The translations under genes and the position numbers were made by a program. 51,105 nt of DNA from NCBI RefSeq assembly GCF_001194135.2, contig NC_068982.1, positions 184,068,557-184,119,661 on the forward strand. The letters are read 5' to 3'. A model generated the notes under the pieces. That model made no database searches and had not been told where the DNA came from. It worked only from the letters and a program-made list of their open reading frames with translations. Position 1 is the first letter of the stretch. Every line of letters starts with the position of its first letter. Origin of the DNA: Octopus bimaculoides. Lineage: Eukaryota. Positions 21,431 through 35,037 of the stretch are shown here, piece by piece.

Positions 21431-23934
21431 CGGTAGGGTCTCAGATATGTAAATAAAAATTCTCTCTTGTGATGTTTCAAATCTAAAAGCAAGTGGTGGA
21501 TTCAGTTCCAAGATAAGCTAACCGCTTTATTATTTTTTTACTTGTATTAAAGACGATGTAATTGTGTGTTGATCGTGTTTTGTTTTCCAGAGATTCAGTT
21601 AACTGATCTTATTGGATTTATGTCCCTTGCTAGTCTTGCTTATTCTTAGATTTTTGATATTTTTGTTTCGTTATTTATGTTTTATGGGTGTGGTTTATGT
21701 CCCCCCCCCCCACACACTTTGCTCGCTGGTTTTTGCCTCGTACTTTTTCAACAACAATCTATGATCATAGATGTAGTTGTTTTGACCACTACCTTCCTCT
21801 ATGGCTCTTCCAGTATCCAGCGCTGGATTAGCAAATTAAGCACGTGCTTAGAGCATCAAGGGGAGTCGGGCACCACAGAAATGGCAGATGGTTTACGGCA
21901 CAAATGTTGGTTCCTATTCTGTCACCAACACGTCTGCATTCGACTGATTTGTATTCAATCACTAACGAAGACGGCGAGGTAGCAAAATCGTTAGTACGCT
22001 GGACAAAATGCTTAGTGGCATTTCGTCCGTCTTTACGTTTTAAATTCAAATTCCGCAGAAGTCGACGTTGCCTTTCATTCTTTCATGGTTGTTAAAATAA
22101 GTTCCAGTCAAGTACTGGGATCGATCTAATTGATTCATCCTCTCCCCTCCCCAAATTTCAGGCTTTGTGATTATAATAGAAAGGATTCAATCGCTAACGG
22201 AGTCGCTCCAACCTTTAGCCTACACACATGCTATTTCCTCTCTTTTTTTCGCGACTATAATGGCCTCTGTTCTTCACAGCTGGCTGGTTTCGTACTTTTA
22301 TCATTCAGATACCTCGACTTACTCTTTTCACCACCTCCCGTCAACCTTGTTTACCCCATCTGATCCTATACTAACCACTATGTCCAGTCCTTCCTACCCA
22401 GAATTTCTGGAAACTTCTCCTTGTTCATGTCCTTTCAGTAAGTTTTGATTTGAAGTAGTTTCGACTGAAGTTAATACCAAACTCACTGATCTCAGAAGAC
22501 TTTTAAAGGCCGTGGGCACTGCCCTTTCCTCCAAACTCAGCAAGTAAAAGAAAAAAGTAGGGGTAAGGTTAGTGGATAACGATAGAGCGCTAGATTTAAA
22601 TATCATAAAAGAAATTTTACAGAGTGGAATATATTACTATGTGGTAAGGAAATGGAGAAGTTAAACGTTTCGAGTTGAAACCTTTTGTCAGAGAAAGATG
22701 CAATGATCTCAGATAGTGCAGAATAATTCAGAACAATAAATAAATGATCTGAGATTGTGTAGAATGATTCAGAAAAATAAATAAATAAATGTTTACGTAC
22801 ATGATGGCTGAAACCTAGAATCGAGTATTGCCATCGATTGATCAAAACTTCCACACATGCGAAAGCTTCGACCAGCCATTTTTGTCATAGTTCTTCCTTT
22901 TTTTTTTTTTCAAGCGATGCCTGTGGATAATGATTTTTTTTTTTTTCAGTGGGGAAAGGATTTGCATAAATTTAATCCCACTCTCTGAACAGGGACAACA
23001 TAAACTCTAAAAGAAGAACTAGTCTACATCATCGAATATTTGTCAGTGTCACAGGTTTTCTCTCAGAGCTTTCCTCTCCTAGAGAGACGTTGTGACAACA
23101 ACAAAGGGGCCTTCCACTCCCAGTGAGTCAAGCGCGCATCTGGGCACCAACCAAGGTATTTCCATGTCCCCGCGCATACATATATGCTTACATACACATG
23201 GACACATATTGTTGAATGGCTGTTGACTGCTCATGAGCTCTTCCGCCCTTTGACAGATCTTATTTTTCGTCCTGCAGAGTGTCAAACAATCATCCTCATC
23301 ACCACATACATGCATGCATACATACATGCATACATACATGCATACATACATGCATACATACATGCATACATACATACATACAGACAGACAGCAAGCACAC
23401 ACACACATATAGTCATATTTATATACAGCATGACCGCAGCCACTTGGCTAAAACACATAAATAAATATATATAATATAATGTATGTTTGCCCCTCCCCCC
23501 CTCTCTCTCTCTCTATATATATATATATGTATGAATATGTATATATACGTACATTTATATATTGATAGATAGAGAGCTATATCCTTGTATCTATTTATTT
23601 ATCTATCTGTCATCTGTCTGTGTGTGCGCGCGTGCATGCATACATACATAGATACGTATCCACATGTATACATACCTACGAAATACCTAATGAATAAACA
23701 GCGACAGCGATACCTTTAAACTCCGAAGATGCAACAGCAAAGGTCGGTTACGGCACTCTTCTGCAGAGGACATAACACACATAATTATCAGCAACCCGAA
23801 AACGTCATCGAATACTTATCTGCTACTGCGACATGATATTGCGAAAACAATATACAGCGCCATCAACAGTGAAAGCTGCCCAAAGAGAAATATAAACAAT
23901 ACCTCGGCTATTGTATACATACATTTTAACACAA

Positions 23935-24120
23935 GGAATATTCCCATCAAAACTTTTACTAAGTAGAAGTTATAATCCGGGACAGAAAAGAGAAATCATA
24001 TTCATCGTCATAGAAGTCAGCTTTCCTGTAGATGTGAATATCTCTTCCAAAATCAGCAACAGAGAGAATAATTATGGATGGACAACTGCTTCGAACCTGA
24101 AATTGCTCTATTATACATAC
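23935..24120 (+). pseudogene. RLE-type LINE endonuclease fragment
   Basis: VIEVSFPVDVNISSKISNRENNYG...NLKLLY aligns with VVEISWPADVNIKL...NTYAELLRNLQLL of the copy at 9340-9632. Confidence 0.7.
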
Positions 24121-24159
24121 TTGTCTGATTATACATACATACATTGTTGGCACTTCGTC

Positions 24160-24510
24160 GCTTGCGACGTCGAGGGTTCCAGTTGATCCGATCAACGGAA
24201 CAGCCTGCTCGTGGCTGAGCACTCCACAGACACGTGTACCCTTAACGTAGTTTTCGGGGATATTCAGCGTGACACAGTGTGACAAGGCTGACCCTTTTGA
24301 ATTACAGGCACAACAGAAACAGGAAGTAAGAGTGAGAGAAAGTTGTGGTGTTAGAGTACAGCAGGGTTCGCCACCATCCCCTGCTGGAGCCTCATGGAGC
24401 TTTTTAGGTGTTTTTGCTCAATAAACACTCACAACGCCTGGTCTGGGAATCGAAACCACGATCCTATTACCGCGAGTCCGCTGCCCTAACCACTGGGCCA
24501 TTGCGCCGCC
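24160..24510 (-). mobile_element. tRNA-derived SINE family C (octopus OR-like)
   Basis: The reverse complement starts ggcgcaatggcccagtggttagggcagcggactcgcgg...ggtttcgattcccagacc (A and B boxes). Near-identical copy at 35480-36032. Confidence 0.85.
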
Positions 24511-24839
24511 ACTCTATTTTACATACATACGTACATACAAACAAACATTATATTATATTATTTATATATACCGATAATCATTGATGCACTTGGTTATGTT
24601 AGGAAATGTGTACGTGACAATACGGAAAAGTTAGGAATTGCAAGCGAAGAAACCGGCAATCACGCACTTTATAAATGCAATTTGTAAGTGGAACAATAAA
24701 AATACGCAAGACTTTCCTTAAGTTTAGCATATAAGAATTATCGTTGATGTCATCCAAATTTCAATAACTAAACTTTTTGTTTCTTGTTAGAAACAAACTT
24801 CCTCCTTCTGAGAAGAATTCTAATTAAAGAAAAGTGAAG

Positions 24840-25001
24840 GTTACCAACCACATGGTTTCGGGTTCAGTCTCATGGGCAAGTGCCTTCTACTATAGCCTCG
24901 GGCCGACCAAAGTTATGGAGACGTAAACACACCAGCATCAGTTGTCAAGCGATGTTGGGGGAACAAACACAGACACAAACATATACACATACATACATAT
25001 G

Positions 25002-25038
<37 letters not shown>

Positions 25039-25790
25039 NNNNNNNNNNNNNNNNNNNNNNNNNNNNNNNNNNNNNNNNNNNNNNNNNNNNNNNNNNNNNN
25101 NNNNNNNNNNNNNNNNNNNNNNNNNNNNNNNNNNNNNNNNNNNNNNNNNNNNNNNNNNNNNNNNNNNNNNNNNNNNNNNNNNNNNNNNNNNNNNNNNNNN
25201 NNNNNNNNNNNNNNNNNNNNNNNNNNNNNNNNNNNNNNNNNNNNNNNNNNNNNNNNNNNNNNNNNNNNNNNNNNNNNNNNNNNNNNNNNNNNNNNNNNNN
25301 NNNNNNNNNNNNNNNNNNNNNNNNNNNNNNNNNNNNNNNNNNNNNNNNNNNNNNNNNNNNNNNNNNNNNNNNNNNNNNNNNNNNNNNNNNNNNNNNNNNN
25401 NNNNNNNNNNNNNNNNNNNNNNNNNNNNNNNNNNNNNNNNNNNNNNNNNNNNNNNNNNNNNNNNNNNNNNNNNNNNNNNNNNNNNNNNNNNNNNNNNNNN
25501 NNNNNNNNNNNNNNNNNNNNNNNNNNNNNNNNNNNNNNNNNNNNNNNNNNNNNNNNNNNNNNNNNNNNNNNNNNNNNNNNNNNNNNNNNNNNNNNNNNNN
25601 NNNNNNNNNNNNNNNNNNNGCTGAATCCTTTTTTCTCCTATGGATCCCTTTGATTTCTACTTTACTCTACTGGACATATACAGCCATTCGATATTAAAAA
25701 AAAAATCCTACTGTTGTCTTCTATCGCCTCGGGCCGACCATAGTGAGTTTGGTAGACGGAAACTGAAAGAAGCCCGTCGTATATAATATA

Positions 25791-25825
<35 letters not shown>

Positions 25826-26075
25826 TGTAGGGATAAGCAAGTTAGCTCAATATACATAAAGTTTTACTATATTAATACATGAAATACAAAATGTGTGTGT
25901 GTGTATCTGTGTTTGTCCCTCGTCTGGTATTTACGTCTTTGTAACTTAGCGGTTCAGCAAAAGACACCAATAGAATAAGTAGTAGGCTTTCAAAATAATT
26001 CGCTTAAAAATTCTTCAAGGCAGTGCCCCAGCATGGCCACAGTGTAACGACTGAAACAAATGAAACATAAACGAT
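24840..26075 (+). mobile_element. SINE family A spanning an assembly gap (possibly two copies)
   Basis: Head and core at 24840-25000, (TA)n and gap, then ctcgggccgacc...tail at 25730-26075. Confidence 0.65.
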
Positions 26076-26281
26076 AAATTCCTTAACAACAAAATCTTAT
26101 ATGGGCCCCGGTTGCAAACCACTCGTTTTAAGTCCTTCGGAGTCGACAAAGATTTATTGCAATGATTCAATTTTTTTAAAAGTTCGCCCTTACTACTACT
26201 ACTACTACTACTACTATCATCATCAATGTCATTCATAAACAATTTTGCCTGTTGTGCGATTACACCTCTTTGTGTGTGTAT

Positions 26282-26319
<38 letters not shown>

Positions 26320-26639
26320 TGTAATCTACTACAACACCGAATCGTGTGTAATCCACGCTTATTCTATCCAATTACCCATGTTATTTCTAGAAATGTCTCC
26401 CCTTCCTCCTTCTCCCTTATATATTCAGCGAATATCCCTCATACTTCATCTCCTTTTTCATATATTCCCCTCTCTCCTGCTTTACTTTTCGATGATCCCC
26501 TCTTTTTCTCGTTTGCGTTCGCTTCTACCTCTACGTGCTAGAAATAGCAGTCAAATCTCCCTCAAATGGGATGTTCATAGCTCGACTGCTTTTTGACCAT
26601 AGATCTGCTCAATTAGAGCTGACCTGTGGCTAAACAACA

Positions 26640-27490
26640 ATATTCACATGTCTCTCCTGTTTTTACCTTTTTCTTTTTCACCTGTTCTCTCTCTCCGTAA
26701 CATCCCTTTTCTCACTGTCTCTCTCTCTCTCTACCTCACTCCCTCTCTCTTGCATCCTCTTCCAATATTTTGCCGTTGCATTATTACTCTTTTACTTTCA
26801 CTTACACTTTCTCTTTCTCTCTCTTCTTTTCATCCTCCCTTCCTCCCTTTACACGCAATACTTCTCTGGTCTGCAGTGTTGCTATGGCATCTGACTTCTC
26901 TCCCCACCTCAGCTGTTTTGGCTTCCTCCCATTCTCTCTTTAACTGCTTCTGTTCATTTACTCACTCTTTGTATTTTTATACTCTCTCGCTTCCTATTTC
27001 TCACTCTCACTCCCCCTCTACCTCTTTACTAACTGCTCTTTTATCCCCCTCTCTTATTCCGTAAATACCCTTTCTTTTTCTCCTACCCTATTCTCTTTCT
27101 TTGCTCTCTGTATCTCTCTCCTTCTGTATCATCTACCTTTCTCATTCCTCATTTACTCACTCTATCTAGTCGCATATATCTATCCCTTTCTATCTCTCAT
27201 TGTCGTCTTATTTCCCTCTCTATCTTCATCTACTTTTTCTCTGTCTCTCTCTCTCTCTCATTCATTTTTTTCCCACCCTCTCTGATTTTTCTCCTACTTT
27301 ATTCCTCTTTTCTTTTATCCCCCTCACTATACAAACTCTCTCTTTCACTTCACCTTCACGCTCACTTTCTATATCTCTCTTTTTTGCCTTTTACACTCCC
27401 TTGCCTCTCTCTCTCTCTCATATTACTTTATAGTATCTCCTCCCACTCTAGCTCTCTGTCTGCCTCCTCCTCCTCTCTTTTATCTCTCCC
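26640..27490. repeat. Long pyrimidine-rich (CT) low-complexity tract
   Basis: About 850 bp dominated by C/T on the + strand. Confidence 0.85.
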
Positions 27491-30187
27491 CACTATTCAT
27501 TCTCGTACATCAGCAGGAGCTGCAATGAACGACAGACGCCGATGATTCGAATGAGGAGGTAAGACAGTTTGTATCTGTTGTCTTCTTAACTGTTGCTGAC
27601 ATTATCACAATCATCATCATTAACATCGTCACCATTACGGGTATTCCTCATCATCATCACCGTCATCGTATGTATTGTACATCAGTCTGTGTTACTACGG
27701 CAGCTACCGTCGCCACCACCATCACTACCACCCCGCTACTATCAATCCACCTCCACCACCACCACCACATTGATTATCATTTCTACTACTGCCGCTACAC
27801 TATTTACCATCAATCACTGTTAGACATGAAATGACATTAGTACCAGTAATACAGTACGCTACATCTTGTAACTGAAGTCTCACTCCGCTCTCGGCTTAAA
27901 CCTGTTGGTCATTTTACCCTCTAAAATCATTCATTACCGTTACAATTACCCCCACCTCCACCGTCGTTATCATCGATATCATCACCACCACCACCGCCAC
28001 CACCACCATCATCATCAGCATCATTAACATTATCATTCATATCATCATCGTTGTCATCCTCAATATATTTTATGAAATCCCTAATTTATATCAATATGAA
28101 GAAGAAGAAGAAAAAAAAACGACAAATTAAATATAAATATTCTCATTATTGGCAGAATTGGTAGAGCGCCTGATAAATATCTTGCGGTACTTAAACGAGT
28201 CCCTTTACCGTGCGAGTTCAAGTGGTATCGAAGTCGACTTTCCCTTTCGATATCAATAAAATAAGTATCAATCTGAATCGATGTGATCGACTACAACCCT
28301 CCCCCCCTCTCCTTCCTTCCAAAGGTTACGGTTTTGTCAGAAATCATTACTGGAATTGGCAGAATCGTTAGAGCGTCGAAGAAAATATTTTGCGTTACTT
28401 AGTTTCGCTTTCCGGGGTTGATAAAATCAAGTAATAAAAACTACAGTCAATGTAATCGACAAGTCCCCTTTCCTCAAAATTGAAACTTAAGTGGGGTAGA
28501 TGGCAAAATTGGTACGACATAGGACCAAATACATAGTGGCATTTAGTTACGTACTTTTAAGGTCTTAAGTTCAAATCCCGTTGGTGACAGGTTGATGTCT
28601 TTCTTCTCGCCCGTCACTTTATTGTTATATCATGTTAAAGGTCCAGAAATCATGTTCAGTCATGTCCTAAGCTTATGCAGTAGTGGGGTTGTAAACAATG
28701 ATTGTCGTTTTAGGCCCGTGTCAGCTCTAATCGAGCAGACCTATGGATCAGTCAAACGAGCCGTGACCACCCTGTCTTTTTCCTGCGCTAGGAAGTAAGG
28801 ATCACATTAACGAACGTGTGCCCTTTTCATAAACGGTAGAGTGTTATTTGAGGGAGATTTGATTGCTATCTGTATCGAGTGGAGTTAACCATTTAGAGGT
28901 TGATCTCATACTCTGCCAGTGTGTGTCGCAGTGGGGGTTTAGTGCTGGTTGTCAAGGGTTATTATGACAAACCTACTACTCTGGCATCAGTAACTGGAAT
29001 ATATTGCTTTTGTGGCAGTTAATTTGGAAAATAATGAAGAATTTCAGAAAATAACTGCAATTATTAACTGGTGTTTAGAACATAAGTTAACATGTAATTT
29101 TGATGGAACGTTTTAGCTTAGATCACTTAAAAACGAAGTTTGTATCTGGAACCCGTGCAGGGCAGTTCGTATAAGAACGTTTAAGCCATCCCTGTACATA
29201 ATCGTTTTACAACTTCAAACTGTCATAGCGCCTTCTGGGTGGATATTATTAGACTTGAAAACAAATTACGGCCAGAATATACCATGAGACTGCAAGAATG
29301 TGCAACTCTCCTGAGAATTCAATCCCTACTTCCAGGTATTGGAGTCATCTTTAATCTACAGCTTCATCACCACCGCCACCATCAAAATATGTATCCTTAC
29401 ATCAAGACTTGTGACCACTATCAATTTGACAGTCACCGGACTAGGTGCTTCGCTGCATGTAAGATAACCAAACTGCAGTGCCGGATTTGCCATATCGCCG
29501 GCTTTCATTCCGCTATGGTCTATATAATAAATACCACTGATATCATCAGATTAAATTCTGTCAATAATAACCCCCTTCTCGGTATCATAATGCACTGCAT
29601 TCTAACTTTCCCTGTTTTTGTTGCCCCTGGGATATATAAAGTAATTCCCCACCTTACACCTGTATACGTGCGAGTTTGTTAGTTCATTCCTAAATGTATG
29701 TATATGTGCGAGTGTGGTTAAATTTGTATATGTATTAAAATACAAGAGTATTCACACCTGTATATTTGTGTACGCTTACAAATATGTGTATATGTGTGTG
29801 TGTATGTTATCTGCATGTCTGGTTAAGATTTTACTAATGTACATATATATGTGTGAGTGTGGTTATAATTTTATGTATCAATATGCGTATGTATGGGTGC
29901 GGCTACACCTGCATATTATACGCAAATATGTGCGAGTATGGCTATACCTCTCACCTTTCTGCGTGTTCGAATGTCATTACACTTGTGCGTTCATGCGCAA
30001 ATTTACTTACACTTGTATATGTGTATATGGTTACGTCTGTGTTGTGTCTAGTTTTGAGTGTGTGGTGTAATGTGTCTGTTCATGTTTTCTGTGGTATATG
30101 TATTATATATGTGTATTACTCGTATATATATATATATATATGTATATATATACGAGTAATACACATATATAATACATATACCACAGA

Positions 30188-30265
<78 letters not shown>

Positions 30266-30300
30266 NNNNNNNNNNCGTGTATGTATGTATGTATGTATGC

Positions 30301-30347
<47 letters not shown>

Positions 30348-30756
30348 CATCATATCATTTAACGTCCGTTTTTCCATGCTTGCATGGGTCAGATGGAATT
30401 TGTTGAGGCATATTTTCTATGGCAGGATGCTCTTCCTGTTGCTAATCCTTAACTGCTTCCAAGCAAGGTGGTATTCTCCCATAGCTAAACATGTTCTTCG
30501 CGGAAGACTGGAAACAAACAGCTTTGCTTATTCGATGATGATGATCGTTTACAACCATCACGTAATGTCTGCAGAAGGATACACACGCACGCACACACAC
30601 ACTCTCTCTCTTCCTTCCTCCCTCTCTCTCTCCCTCCCCTTCTCTCCTCTTTCTCACACACACGCGCGCACACATATTCTTTCAGTTTTCATCTGTCAGA
30701 TCTACTCACAAAGCTTCGGTCAGCCCGAGTCTGTAGTAGAAGACGCTTGCCCAAAG

Positions 30757-30933
30757 CACTAGCGTAGCTGAGGGGTGGGGGTAGGTCCACCCCGGGTGGC
30801 ACTTTTAAAGAGTCAGCACTTTTCAATCCTGTTGTAGGCTATTGCTGTAGGCAATATGTGCTTTTTGTAGGGTCCGGGGGAGAAGCTAACAGAAGGGCTG
30901 CTCCAGGTGGCACACACTCTAGCTACGCTAGTG
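30757..30933. mobile_element. hAT MITE inserted into the CORE block of a minus-strand SINE A
   Basis: 13-bp perfect TIR CACTAGCGTAGCT / AGCTACGCTAGTG. 8-bp TSD gcccaaag (30749-30756) and gcccaagg (30934-30941). The SINE continues on both sides (~30675-31010). Confidence 0.85.
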
Positions 30934-31324
30934 GCCCAAGGTGCCACACAGTAGGATTGAACCTGAGACCAAATGGTTGGAAAGCAGGTTTTTTAACCAC
31001 ACAGCCTCACCTCATAAATGATTCACCTGAAAAAGAAAACTATATTTAGACCAAGGAGATTAAATGAGATAGCATCTGTACTATTGGTTTCAGATTTTGG
31101 CACAAGGCCAGCAATTTCAGGGAAGGGGTAAGTTGATTACATTGATCCCAGTGCTCAGCTGATACTTATTTTGTCAACCCCTGAAAAGATGAAAGGCAAA
31201 GTGGACCTCGGCAGCATTTGAACTCGGACCCTTTTTTTTGATTTTTAAGACTGACTCAAATTTTATATTTTTACTAACACCATAGATCTGAATAGTTTGA
31301 AGTTTATATGTAACTGATAAAAGA

Positions 31325-31715
31325 AGTGCAGGCGTGGCTGTGTGGTAAGAAGTTTGCTTCCTAACCACATAGTTCCAGGTTCAATCCCACTACGAGGCAC
31401 CTTGGGCAAGTGCCTTCTATTATAGCCTTGTGCTGACCAAAGCCTTGTGAGTGGATTTGGCAGGCAGAAACTAAAAGAAGCCCATTGTGTATGTGTGTCA
31501 TTGTGCATGTGTTTGTTCCACCACCACCACTGCTTGACAACTGGTGTTGTGTTTATGTCCCTGTAACTTAGCGGTTCAGCAAAAGAAAACAATAGAATAA
31601 GTACCAAGCTTAGAAAAAGTACTGGGATCAAGTCAGTCGTCTAAAATCCTTCAAGGCAGTGCCCCAGCATGACCGCAATCTAATGACTGAAATAAGTGAA
31701 AGATAAAAAGTAAAA
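31325..31715 (+). mobile_element. SINE family A, full length
   Basis: Head gcaggcgtggctgtgtggtaagaagtttgcttcc, core gcaccttgggcaagtg, tail gactgaaataagtgaaagataaaaag. Confidence 0.85.
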
Positions 31716-31991
31716 GTTAAGTTAAAATTAAAAAAAAAAAACTAGATTTCGACAAATTAGAAATAAAACTATTCTCCCAAAAACTTATTATTTATTGCAA
31801 CATAGTACCGAATGTAGTGTAACGACACAACAAATGAACTAAAATAAAATATGACACAAATACTGTTAGTTTGTTCCTTAAAATAACTGAAATAATTTGG
31901 AACAAAATTTGGCATTTTCTTTCAGATAAACCTACATAACAATTAGTCATTAAGTATATATTTCAATTCAAAACAGTAAAGTCATTTACGA

Positions 31992-32024
<33 letters not shown>

Positions 32025-32140
32025 NNNNNNNNNNNNNNNNNNNNNNNNNNNNNNNNNNNNNNNNNNNNNNNNNNNNNNNNNNNNNNNNNNNNNNNNNNNN
32101 NNNNNNNNNNNNNNNNNNNNNNNNNNNNNNNNNNNNNNNN

Positions 32141-32173
<33 letters not shown>

Positions 32174-33499
32174 GTTGTATGTGTGTCTATTATCTCTTAT
32201 ATATTTGTGTATATTATTACTATTGTGTATGACTGTCTATTATCTCGAGTATTGTTCTATATCCTCTTTTGTATATGTGTATGTCGTTTGACTCGAGTGC
32301 AGTTGTTGATTGAACAGGTCTATACTGAACAGTATTCCGTCTATGACCAGTCCCTCTTGCTTTTAGATATTGGTCTATCTGACGTTACATTATCTAATGT
32401 GTTCCTCTTTGTTTAGGACAGTAGGGTGTGATTTGTGAGAGATTTAGCTGCTATTTCATAGATCACATAGATCTTCAGCTGCTCATATGTCTGTTAGTTC
32501 ACTTGTTATGTATGCCTATATGTATCTGGTTATGTAGGTGTGCAGTGCCTGTATTGTGTTTGTGTGTATGTGTTGTGAGTGTCTGCATCTATATCTATAG
32601 GATTACTGGATTAGTATTTCACACTGGATTTCACACACACACACACAATACATGTAATGTGTACACCATACATACATACACACACTTTAGAAATGCGTGC
32701 ACAAACACATGCAAATAATTCACACCCATTTACATATATGAAATGTGGGCACCATACATACATGTGCATCTCTCACACACACACACACATGTAAAGTATA
32801 CAATATTTATACATGTGTACCATATAAAAACAGATGTACACGTGCACATACATGCGTCAGACACACCATGTACAGATAACCTCCTGTGTGCCATACATAC
32901 AGAGCACTTGTAGAACTTGTGCCCAATCCTGCATGTAAACCATACCATAAACACACACACACACACACCACATGCAACACATACCAAATATACATCACAG
33001 CCCATACATACAGAGTACTCACACTCCAGACCACTTGTATAACCAGACATATCTACAACACCTCACAACACCATTTCATCAACCTCAAAGACAACAACTA
33101 CATCACATGGCTACAACATTCTGATAACACTTTCTCTTTCTATCCAGACATCTATAACACACAAGAACTAAACTACAACACCATCCAAACAATACCAACT
33201 CTTGCACAATTTAGACACATCTAAAAAAACTTCACAGTACCATTTTAACACACTTTTCTCCACTTCTCTACATCTAGAACACCACAGAACACAACAACAT
33301 TATCCTACCAATGTTGTGTCTCTCTCGCAGAGCCCAGGCACATCTACAACACCTTAGAAAATAACTCCAACACCATCTTAACAACACTATCCCCCACTCT
33401 GTCTAGACACAACATTAACACTTCACAACATTATTACAATATATTGTTAACAACAATGTTACACCCACTTAGTCTATGCACATCTGCAACATCATCTCA

Positions 33500-33992
33500 A
33501 CAACATTATGGAGGTCCATATAAGATTTTGTTGTTAAAATTTATATGCAATAAACTAGTTATGCTTCTACAATTCATAAAATATTTTAACAATATTTAAT
33601 TATAAAAATATAATAGGATTTCGTTTTGGGATTTGGTTTGCAAGATTCTTTATGTGAGTTCGTGTGTTGAAGCATATTCTGCTGTGTCTGGGGAGAGTCA
33701 TTTTCTTTTCGTGCCTTATTTAACACACGCACCGGTAAAATTTCCACTTATTCCTTATTTTTATATTTTTTAATTTTAATTTTTATATTTTTATAAAATA
33801 AACAAAAAAAAAAAAGGAATAAGTGGAAATTTTACTGGTGAGTGTGTTAAATGATAAGGCACGAAAAGAAAATGACTTTCCCCAGACACAACAGAATAAT
33901 AGGAATTTTTAAACATCAAATAGTTATGGGGATTTAGTGGCATAAAATAAGAATCAAAGAGTCCATATATAAAAAATGGTTAAGAACCCTTG
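33500..33992. mobile_element. hAT MITE (left end lost) containing a fold-back insertion
   Basis: ggtccatataagattttg... body and right TIR ggttaagaacccttg, followed by atctagac. Confidence 0.65.
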
Positions 33993-34000
33993 ATCTAGAC

Positions 34001-34335
34001 CAGTGGTTCTCAACCAGGGTCCATGTGGCCCCTGAGGGTCCATATAAGATTTTTGAGAGCCCATGCTGCAAAATAGTAACTTCAGGATCCACAATAATAT
34101 ATTATGTAACCTTGAAAAAATTTTGCTTTAGATGTATGTATTGGTATGTATTTCAAGCAAGAGCTAGGTTTCTTTCTCTAACATTTTACATAGTTCAACC
34201 TACACAAGTTAATGTGTGAAAAACAAAATGGGAATTTTGAAAGAAGTTTCTATGAAACTAGTTTTTAAACATCGAATAGCTGTGGGGATCTACCAGAATA
34301 AAATAGCAAACAAAGGGGTCTGTCAAGAACCCCTG
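34001..34335. mobile_element. hAT (Charlie/Buster-like) MITE, intact
   Basis: TIRs CAGTGGTTCTCAAC and tcaagaacccctg. Perfect 8-bp TSD ATCTAGAC (33993-34000 and 34336-34343), fitting the NTCTAGAN target preference known for this group. Confidence 0.9.
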
Positions 34336-35037
34336 ATCTAGACAAGCACATAAAAGCAACACTGGTCTTTGCATTACTCTAGCTATGTCCATTTTGATGC
34401 AAGCTTTCAGGCCAGGTCTCTACTAGCCTTGAGTGCCCTAACTGGAGTGATGATTGCTGCTTTTCCTACCTTGATTAAATAATAATATTATTCATAAAAA
34501 ATATTCTCACAAAAATAGCATTACTTCATCATCAACATCATTAAACCCAAGTAAGATCTGCAAAAACAAATGCAGAAGTTTGGCAACTATCCTGCAGTTA
34601 TTGAATCCATCTTGTTCACTTCTGCTGAATCTATAGAGCACAGACCTGGGGTTAAAATAACTGAAATCTCCCTCTGACCACACTTTTTAGTCTTGTGTAT
34701 TATTCACATACATACATACATATATGTATGAGCCAACATGGGAGAGCTTTATATGGTGGCCAGTCCTAGTGGAAACAATGGCTGAATCTCCCTCCATTTA
34801 TAAGCTACTGAAGGAGCTTATAAATGCATTGATGATAATATATACATGATAGCTAGAATTGATAGAAATAACTGCAAAATTCCCTTCAAGTCATACCCTG
34901 TTGTCTTATATATATATGTGTGTATATGAACCAACAAGGGAGACTTCTGTCTAATAGCCAGACAATCTTTCTAGAGCTGCTGCCAGAGACAGAGAGAGAG
35001 AGAGATGCAAAGTGTTGGAGAATGTCATTGTTAATGG

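Noticed and set aside
22655-22700. Minus-strand hammerhead-like ctgacaa...ctcgaaacgtt (similar at ~37910-37935)
   Set aside because: Core G8 is mutated and there is no helix I pairing. At most a decayed PLE remnant.
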